Source: Piromyces finnis finn (lineage: Eukaryota > Fungi > Neocallimastigomycota). From it: a stretch of 18,970 nucleotides of DNA. Where the stretch lies: assembly GCA_002104945.1 (NCBI GenBank), contig MCFH01000189.1, positions 1 through 18,970 on the forward strand. Reading direction: 5' to 3'. This document shows positions 1 through 9,341 of the stretch, one piece after another (the stretch's first letter is position 1; every line of letters starts with the position of its first letter). The translations under genes were made by a program, and so were the position numbers. Below the pieces are notes generated by a model that was given only the letters and a program-made list of their open reading frames with translations, was not told the DNA's origin and searched no databases.

Positions 1-2856
1 TTGAACAAGTTAATAATGAACAAGAAAATCGTATTCAAGAATTACATGAATACATGGAATATCAAAGAGATTACATTAGTCGATTAGAAAATCAACTCTT
101 CTTTGTGCCTTCAATCCAGTGGAATAATAAGTTACTAAGAAATGAAAAATATTATTGAAGATAATGATCGTATTGTTGAATAACAGATGAAGAAGAAAGT
201 ATAATCAACATGAAAATGATCTTAGTGATGATAATGATGACAATAACGATGATAATAGTGAAAATGATGATGACTATGATGATGATGACGATGATGATGA
301 TGATGATGATGATAGTAGTAGTAATGATAATGAAAATAGTAACAGTTTATTAAATACAAATGATTCTATGGATGAAGATAGTGGCAATAGGGATATTATT
401 TTTTCAATAAAAATACAAAAGATAATAAAAAGAAAATTAACGAAAGTGAAAGTAGTTATCAAAATTCACAATTAGTATTATATAGTCCAAATATATTTCA
501 TCAGATATTAAGTAATGCTGTTAATAATCCTAATTATTTGAATAGTAACAACAACAATGACAAACAATAGTAATAACAATAATATTAATCAATTAATTGT
601 AAAATAATAATGTCGATTCTAAAAAGAAAATTACTATTAATGATGAAAATAATTTAAAAAGATGGCAATACAAAAAAAGGATTAAACTTAAATGGAAATA
701 AAATAGTTCTTTCGGATAATAAGCCTAATACTAAAAAAAGAATTAGTATTAATGGAGATGGTATTATTACCAACAAACTATTTTTATCGATAATAGCATT
801 AATAAAATATTAAAAGAAAAAGAAGAGCCAGTAAAATAATATTCCAACTAACGAAACTAAAAAGTATAGCTATATGAATGAAAAACTACGTAGAAAATGT
901 ATATAAAAATGAATATTTTAAATAGTTTAATGATAATATAAAGAGAAACATAAAATAATTATAAAGTTTTATATTTATGCATATTTATTTATTAATTAAT
1001 TACTATTATTATATTATAATAAAAACTTATCTATTTAATAGCGTTTAATGTTATACCAAATAATCAATTTATATATTCTTATGGAAATCAATGTATAGTA
1101 ATAATAAAATATTAAAGAATTCTGATGATTCATCTGATAAAGGTAAACATATCCCACTTTTTTTATATAATATCCTTTTTTTATCATAATTAATGATAAA
1201 AAATAAATGATATTTTATTTCTTTATTTTTTTTATCATTAATTATATTTTTGTTATACATGTAATGCTTAAATTTAAAAAAAAAAAAATTTTTTTTTTTC
1301 TCATTATTAGATTCAAGTGATTTTGAAAATGATGAATCATTAGATATGTTTTCAACATGATATCAAAAAAATGTTTAAACCCAGACCACCAGTTAAAAAA
1401 ATGAAAATGAATAAACACGAAAAGAAAATGGTTAAAAAGATAAAAATGGATAAATTAAATGATATAATTCAAACATCTGAAAATTCAATATCCTATAATT
1501 CACCATCTTCTTCTTACTTGGTTGTTCCTAGAAATAATTCTTTCAATTCATTATCATCATCTTCCATTAAAATGAATGGTGATTCCAGGGAATATCTTAC
1601 CTCTCGTGATTTCAGTGATATTCAAACAATAGCATCGCAAAATAATGAAAATAGTAATATTACTAATAATGAAAACAGTAATGTTAATGTGATAAATAAT
1701 AAAAATAATAATAGTAAAAAAAAAATAATAGTAGTAGTAGTAGCAGTAATAACAGCAACAATAACAACAACAACAATAATAATAATAATAATAATAGTAA
1801 TAGTAATAGTAATAGTAATAGTAATAGTAATAGTAATGATAATAATAAAAATATTGATGGTGTAATATCTGGTATCCCTCAAAATAATAATCACGATAAA
1901 AAAATATCAAGTAACGAAAGTAAATCTGTACCAACAATAGTACCTACTATTGAAATAAATAATAAAACAGTTTCCCAATCATCATTACTAAATAATAACA
2001 ACAATAGCAAACAATATAAACCTACTTTACCATTAGGTAAAAATAATACTAATTTGGAATCGACGACTACGACAGAGTTATCGTTTTTAAATAATGAGAA
2101 AGACTATTCACAATATAATAGAAAAACAAACAATCCTCACTCTACAAAGCATCAAAAAGAACATTTAAATCTATATTTTTAAGAAATCCATTCTCATCCA
2201 ATTTTTCATCATCTAATCTTTCATCATCAAACATTTCAGGAGTTCCGTTTTCTTCAGCTTCAGTTTCATCCTGGACAAACACCTCTACTTCCGATTCTTA
2301 TTCGAATCAACATCAACATCATGAACCTTCTTCATTAAATATTTTAAAATCCAGCACCAGCACCATGGATATTAATTCATATGCACCAGATTTAGATTTA
2401 AGTACACAAATTATTATAAAGAATGATTCTGAGATGAATGATACTCAACCTCTTTCACTACGAATAATAATGTAATGACATCTAAACTTCTCTGGGATAA
2501 AGAAATGGATATTGGGAAAGAACAATTATTAAGAGATCCTGCAAATAAAGAATTATTTTCATCAAAATCTGATTTCAAACGCCTCTAATAGTAATTTTAA
2601 GTGATGAATCTCATAAAAATAGAAATAAAGTAGCAAAAAATGTTAATTAAAGGGATGGATACATGTGGTGGATGGCATTTCTTTATTTAATCCATATCAT
2701 AATAATTATCGATTAGACGATTCTTCTTCATATGGTGCCAATAGAAATAATAATAATAATAAAAAAATTCATCTTTAAATCAAATAGGTAGGAAATGGTA
2801 ACAAATCTTTAGCCCCATTTGATCCTAATCAAAACCGCCCATCCGCATTTAATTAA
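1..2856 (+). pseudogene. Mirror copy of the 3' half of gene 1 (part of exon 5, exon 6, exon 7); probably an assembly duplicate rather than a real gene
   Basis: Same reading (EQVNNEQENRIQELHEYMEYQR... to ...RPSAFN*, TAA at 2854-2856) and same introns (899-1041, 1143-1310). Its indels largely differ from those of the right arm. Confidence 0.75.
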
Positions 2857-3152
2857 TATTTAATTAATATTATATAAAACATATAAAAAAAAAAGTTTTT
2901 ATGATTATATTAATTAAATATTAATATATATATAAATTTTTATTTAAAAAATAAAAAAAAAAAAAATCCTTTTTTTTTTTTTTCATAATTATAAGTTTTT
3001 TTTTTAAAAAAAAACTGTATAATTAGTGAAAAAAAAAAAAAGGATTTTTTTTTTTTTATTTTTTAAATAAAAATTTATATATATATTAATATTTAATAAT
3101 ATAATCATAAAAACTTTTTTTTTTATATGTTTTATATAATATTAATTAAATA

Positions 3153-6100
3153 TTAATTAAATGCGGATGGGCGGTTTTGATTAGGATCAAATGGGGCTAA
3201 AGATTTGTTTACCATTCCTACCTATTTGATTTAAAGATGAATTTTTTATTATTATTATTATTTCTATTGGCACCATATGAAGAAGAATCGTCTTAATCGA
3301 TAATTATTATGATATGGATTAAATAAAGAAATGCCATCCACCACATGTATCCATCCTTTTAATTAACATTTTTGCTTACTTTATTTCTATTTTTATGAGA
3401 TTCATCACTTAAATTACTATTAGAGCGTTTGAAATCAGATTTTGATGAAAATAATTCTTTATTTGCAGGATCTCTTAATAATTGTTCTTTCCCATATCCA
3501 TTTCTTTATCCCAGAGAAGTTTAGATGTCATTACATTATTATTCGTAGTGGAAAGAGGTTGAGTATCATTCATCTCAGAATCATTCTTTATAATAATTTG
3601 TGTACTTAAATCTAATCTGGTGCATATGAATTAATATCCATGGTGCTGGTGCTGGATTTTTAAAAATATTTAATGAAGAAGGTTCATGATGTTGATGTTG
3701 ATTCGAATAAGAATCGGAAGTAGAGGTGTTTGTCCAGGATGAAACTGAAGCTGAAGAAAACGGAACTCCTGAAATGTTTGATGATGAAAGATTAGATGAT
3801 GAAAAATTGGATGAGAATGGATTTCTTAAAAATATAGATTTAAATGTTCTTTTTTGATGCTTTGTAGAGTGAGGATTGTTTGTTTTCTATTATATTGTGA
3901 ATAGTCTTTCTCATTATTTAAAAACGATAACTCTGTCGTAGTCGTCGATTCCAAATTAGTATTATTTTTACCTAATGGTAAAGTAGGTTTATATTGTTTG
4001 CTATTGTTGTTATTATTTAGTAATGATGATTGGGAAACTGTTTTATTATTTATTTCAATAGTAGGTACTATTGTTGGTACAGATTACTTTCGTTACTTGA
4101 TATTTTTTTATCGTGATTATTATTTTGAGGGATACCAGATATTACACCATCAATATTTTTATTATTATCATTACTATTACTATTACTATTACTATTACTA
4201 TTACTATTACTATTATTATTATTATTATTATTGTTGTTGTTGTTATTGTTGCTGTTATTACTGCTACTACTACTACTATTATTTTTTTTTTACTATTATT
4301 ATTTTTATTATTTATCACATTAACATTACTGTTTTCATTATTAGTAATATTACTATTTTCATTATTTTGCGATGCTATTGTTTGAATATCACTGAAATCA
4401 CGAGAGGTAAGATATTCCCTGGAATCACCATTCATTTTAATGGAAGATGATGATAATGAATTGAAAGAATTATTTCTAGGAACAACCAAGTAAGAAGAAG
4501 ATGGTGAATTATAGGATATTGAATTTTCAGATGTTTGAATTATATCATTTAATTTATCCATTTTTATCTTTTAACCATTTTCTTTTCGTGTTTATTCATT
4601 TTCATTTTTTTAACTGGTGGTCTGGGTTTAAACATTTTTTTGATATCATGTTGAAACATATCTAATGATTCATCATTTTCAAAATCACTTGAATCTAATA
4701 ATGAGAAAAAAAAAATTTTTTTTTTTTTAAATTTAAGCATTACATGTATAACAAAAATATAATTAATGATAAAAAAAATAAAGAAATAAAATATCATTTA
4801 TTTTTTATCATTAATTATGATAAAAAAAGGATATTATATAAAAAAAGTGGGATATGTTTACCTTTATCAGATGAATCATCAGAATTCTTTAATATTTTAT
4901 TATTACTATACATTGGATTTCCATAAGAATATATAAATTGATTATTTGGTATAACATTAAACGCTATTAAATAGATAAGTTTTTATTATAATATAATAAT
5001 AGTAATTAATTAATAAATAAATATGCATAAATATAAAACTTATAATTATTTTATGTTTTCTCTTTATATTATCATTAAACTATTTAAAATATTCATTTTT
5101 ATATACATTTTCTACGTAGTTTTTCATTCATATAGCTATACTTTTTAGTTTCGTTAGTTGGAATATTATTTGTACTGGCTCTTCTTTTTCTTTTAATATT
5201 TTTATTAATGCTATTATCGATAAAAATAGTTTGTTTGGTAATAATACCATCTCCATTAATACTAATTCTTTTTTTAGTATTAGGCTTATTATCCGAAAGA
5301 ACTATTTTATTTCCATTTAAGTTTAATCCTTTTTTTGTATTTGCCATCTTTTTTAAATTATTTTCATCATTAATAGTAATTTTCTTTTTAGAATCGACAT
5401 TATTATTTTTTACAATTAATTGATTAATATTATTGTTATTACTATTGTTGTCATTGTTGTTGTTACTATTCAAATAATTAGGATTATTAACAGCATTACT
5501 TAATATCTGATGAAATATATTTGGACTATATAATACTAATTGTGAATTTTGATAACTACTTTCACTTTCGTTAATTTTCTTTTTATTATCTTTTGTATTT
5601 TATTTGAAAAAATAATATCCCTATTGCCACTATCTTCATCCATAGAATCATTTGTATTTAATAAACTGTTACTATTTTCATTATCATTACTACTACTATC
5701 ATCATCATCATCATCATCATCGTCATCATCATCATAGTCATCATCATTTTCACTATTATCATCGTTATTGTCATCATTATCATCACTAAGATCATTTTCA
5801 TGTTGATTATTACTTTCTTCTTCATCTGTTAATTCAACAATACGATCATTATCTTCAATAATATTTTCATTTCTTAGTAACTTATTATTCACTGGATTGA
5901 AGGCACAAAAGAAGAGTTGATTTTCTAATCGACTAATGTAATCTCTTTGATATTCCATGTATTCATGTAATTCTTGAATACGATTTTCTTGTTCATTATT
6001 AACTTGTTCAATAATTTTATTTTGTTCTTGTAACTTTTTAAGCTCATCAATTTCACCTAGATTAGTATATTTTTGTTGATTATCATTATTAATATATAAT

Positions 6101-7879
6101 AATAAATAAAAAAAAAGATTTTAAAATTAATATAATTAAATATTTAATTTATAGATTATTATTATTATTATTATTAATATTAAAATACCTTGTGATTTAA
6201 TATATTCTATATTAAGTTTTTCATATTTTTTTTCACACTTTTCTTTACTCTTATTGACTTCTTCAATTTTGTGTTGCATATCATACAATTCATTGTAGAG
6301 AGAGTCAATAAGTTTTTGTTCTTGCTTTATTTCATTGTTTTTATTATTATTATTATTACTAAATTCCTTAATAAGACTTTGATTATCCTTAAATAATTTA
6401 TTATTAAGCTCAGTCATGGTGTTTAGTTTATCTTCCATCTCATTTAATTTTTTCTCCGATTCTACTATACCTCTATTATATTTACTTTTGGTATTTTTTA
6501 CTACTTCTTCCAAATCATTTACTTGACGTCTTAGATCTAGATTACTATTTTCTAATTGGGTATTAATATCCATAAGTTGTTTAATAACTCTGTTATAATT
6601 TTCTTCATGATATTCTATTTTAAATATGAAAATAATGTAAAAAAAAAAAAAGTAAAAAAAAATAAGTGAATAAACAAATATATAAATAATTTTTTAATAA
6701 ATTGATTTATATATAAAAAATAATATAATTAAATAAAACCTTACCAACTACACTATTATATGTATTTTCATCAAGACCTCCATTTTCTGGAATTAAATTG
6801 ACATGTTTTTTTTCTTGACGCCCAACACCAGAGTAAATACGAGCATTACTAGTATGATGATTATTTTGAATTAATGATGAAGATGAATCTAATTCACTAA
6901 AGCTTCCAAAAGAACTACCATCCATATCTGTATTGAATTAATATATATATATTAATAAATTGAAAAGTATCAATTAATATAAATTTAAACCATTTCATTT
7001 CTATATATTCTAAATTAAGGAAAAATCTAATTGCCTCTTTTATTCATTAATTTGTAATTTAATGTTTTCAAATTCGCGTTTGCTTCTAAAAGACATTGTC
7101 CAATAACTGCAGCTAATGTTAAGTCTTTTTTTTTTTTTTTTTAATTAAATTTTATTTATTCATTTTGATATATAAATATATAAATAAAAAGAAGATTTTT
7201 AATTATTTTGGTATAAAAATTGTTTAGATAATATATACATAATAATAATTTTCTTAAATCAAATGTAATAAATATATATAATTACCTTTCTTTTTCTTAT
7301 CCAATGATTTAATAGCTTTTTTTAATTTTATTCTTAAGTCTTTAATGTCATCATTTCTATCAATTTCACTAAGGTGCGAATTATAAGCAAAAGATTCATC
7401 CTCTGAAAAATGACTTCCATTATCCATTGAACTTTTACTAATACTATAAGATTCCATAGGTCTTATAGATGAGCAAGAAATACTTAATCCAGAACGAGAT
7501 GGAATATCATCATCATAGGATAATTTAGAAATATCATGAACATTTATATTAATAGAACTATTACTACCATTAGCGAGTGGTAAATCAACAATACTACTTG
7601 AATTATTACTTTTATTTGAATCATTTCTAACTAAGTTTTGATCAATGTAGCTTCGATCTAACGATGTATGATGATGTTGATTATTTAAGTTATTACTATC
7701 ATCATCATCATTATCATTTGTTGAAAATGCTAAAGACAAATCTTTTAAAAGAGGTTCATGTACATTATTTGGTTCTTTATAAATAGTTTTTCCTTTATTT
7801 ATATTTTTTGATGAAATTGTTGTTGCTTATATATATTTTCCTCAGTATTTGTGTTATATTTTGGAGCAGCACATATCAT
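3153..7879 (-). CDS. 7-exon, ~1,290-aa protein: Ser/Asp-rich N-terminus, CC1-box-like motif, coiled coil, acidic tract, long Asn/Ser-rich tail; putative dynein-adaptor-like protein
   Basis: Hand-spliced exons: 7879-7286, 7124-7035, 6927-6745, 6614-6189, 6056-5107, 4963-4862, 4694-3153. Introns are AT-rich, five GT-AG and one GC-AG. Exons 2, 3, 4 and 6 (90, 183, 426, 102 nt) keep frame exactly and link the ORF-track pieces 7254.., 6707.., 6136.., 5536.., 5099.., 4564.. and 4142... The protein ends ...FDPNQNRPSAFN* (TAA at 3153-3155). Several 1-nt frameshifts, mostly in homopolymers, must be assumed in exons 1, 5 and 7. The start ATG at 7879 is tentative and needs one added A near 7805. Confidence 0.8.
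4158..4320 (-). repeat. Coding AAT/AGT/AAC microsatellite (poly-Asn/Ser); mirrored at ~1690-1852
   Basis: Visible (tta)n, (ttg)n and (ttacta)n runs. They explain the poly-Y/I/T/V ORFs in other frames. Confidence 0.9.
5690..5750 (-). repeat. Coding (GAT)n microsatellite, poly-Asp tract; mirrored at ~263-325
   Basis: (atc)n run on the plus strand; DDDYDDDDDDDDDDDSSS in ORF 5536..5958. Confidence 0.9.
6928..7034 (-). other. GC-AG intron (107 nt) of gene 1
   Basis: Exon 2 reads ...aaa aga g|gcaattag. An in-frame TAG follows almost immediately and I saw no GT donor near the junction. Joining to cag|at atg gat (6927) restores the frame. Confidence 0.6.
7078..7124 (-). other. CC1-box-like (AAxxG) motif, (K)DLTLAAVIGQCLLEAN
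   Basis: Direct translation: g|ac tta aca tta gct gca gtt att gga caa tgt ctt tta gaa gca aac. From memory this matches the TRAK/HAP1 (EKERDLELAARIGQSLLKKN) and CDR2/BICDR CC1-box pattern. Confidence 0.7.
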
Positions 7880-9341
7880 TTTTATTAAAGATATAAAATT
7901 AAAAAATGTATTTAAAGCTGTTTTTTTTTATATAGAATAAATACTTTTATGTATTATTTGAATTTGGTATTGTTTTAATCAATTTTTATTAATATTTTAT
8001 TTTATATTTTTATTCCTTTTTTTTTTTTTCTTTTGGTTTTTTTCTTTTTATGATATATATATATATATATATATTTAATACTTATTATTACACTTTGAGG
8101 AGTTTATTAAGAAATATTAATATTATATGATTTTTTTTAGTGAATTTCCCCTTTTAATTATAAAAATTTGGTTCCATTTCAATTATAAAAGATTTTATAT
8201 GCTATTGCAATAATCTTTAAATTGATTTTGAAATACTTTTTTTTTTTTTTTTTTTTTTTTATTTTCTCTCAATTATTCAATGGAAAAGCTTAAAACACAT
8301 GTTCATTAAAGGAAAAAAAAAATAAAAAAAAAAAGAATAATATATAATATAAATATTATATAATATATATTAACTTGTATTTATTTTTTTTCTTTTAATA
8401 AAATAACGAGAATGTTTTCTGTTGTTAATTTATAGTACTTTTTATTAGTACTATTTTGCCTTTATAACAATAATATTTTTTTCTTTTTTAACTTTATTTT
8501 TTTTTGTTTTATTAAAAGTGAATTTATTTTTCTGATTTTTTTTTAAATTTTTAATTTAAATTTATATTAATATAAATTAATTTATGAACTTATTTAAAAT
8601 AAGTTTAATTTTAATTATAATAAAAATCTTTTTAAGTGAATGGTTGATGAGAAAACTTTACTTTTTTACAACATGAAAACATTACATTTTAAATAAATAG
8701 ATAATATATAAGAAACTATAAAATAAAATTGAACCTATCTTTAACATCATTTTTAAGCCATTCCTTTTTATTCTTTATATAATTTATTACATTTTATTAT
8801 TACTATTTTATTTTTAATAAATATTTACCTTTTTATTGAATTTAAATGTACATATGTAACTATCATAAAAGAAGAAAAAGATTGTTAATACAAGCATAAT
8901 CTATTTTATAATTATTTTACTATATCTTTTTGAAATTTATCTTGAATATTTAATTACTTAATACCAAAAAAAAAAAAGCATATTCTGATTTTTAAAATTT
9001 AAATTATATCATGTTTTTTTTTTTTATTATATTTTTATTATATTATAATTATATAAAACTTTACAATAATATAAAACTTTAAAATATACAGTTAATAGAT
9101 GATTAAGAATGTAAAAATACTAAATATATTTCAGATAAAATAATAATTTTTTTAAATGAATAACAAAAAATGACAATAAACATAAAGAAAGTATATAATA
9201 CTATAATAAAAGAAATTATTTATGTTTAAACTATTTTTACGATTAAAAAAATAGAAATAAGAATTTATTTTAATACTAAAGGAAATAATAAAAATGATTT
9301 TTTAAAACATATTTTTATGATATGGTATATTAATTTTTAAA
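7880..9341. other. Extremely AT-rich intergenic region (3' end of gene 2, promoter region of gene 1)
   Basis: Long poly-T/poly-A and (AT)n runs, no ORF in the track. No specific regulatory element can be assigned. Confidence 0.7.

Larger units (their letters stand above)
1..6011. repeat. Giant zero-spacer inverted repeat (arms 1-3005 and 3006-6011); left arm truncated by the window start
   Basis: Bases 1-11 (ttgaacaagtt) are the reverse complement of 6001-6011 (aacttgttcaa). Colinearity holds wherever checked inward to a T10|A9 junction at 3005/3006. The ORF track shows mirrored ORFs (1557..1937- vs 3998..4450+; 1622..1894- vs 4113..4385+; 274..462- vs 5549..5737+). Differences checked are almost all 1-nt indels. 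Confidence 0.97.

Noticed and set aside
1371-1865. Hydrophobic IIVVVV...IVIVIV tail suggesting a transmembrane or tail anchor (also in 4142..4561)
   Set aside because: It arises from a frameshift at an A10 run. The shifted frame reads poly-N/S and continues through NIDGVISGIPQ onward.
2990-3030. SMRTbell adapter or telomeric repeat at the palindrome centre
   Set aside because: No ATCTCTCTC...GAGAGAGAT-type or TTAGGG-like sequence is present, only T10|A9.
1557-4450. Poly-Tyr/Cys/Ile/Thr ORFs (1557..1937-, 1622..1894-, 3998..4450+, 4113..4385+) that look like membrane proteins
   Set aside because: They are antisense readings of the AAT/AGT/AAC microsatellite inside exon 7 of gene 1 and its mirror copy.
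4862-4913. A separate gene starting at ATG 4913 (MYSNNKIL...)
   Set aside because: The frame stays open upstream to an acceptor at 4964 that joins the donor at 5106 in phase, so this is an internal exon of gene 1.
1-6011. Palindrome as the terminal inverted repeats of a transposon
   Set aside because: The arms abut with no internal sequence or transposase and consist of host exons and introns.
6285-6305. DSLYNEL as a Spindly motif partnering the CC1 box
   Set aside because: It only loosely matches L(F/A)xE, such words are common in coiled coils, and spacing from the CC1 box (~185 aa including a non-helical exon) is shorter than in known adaptors.
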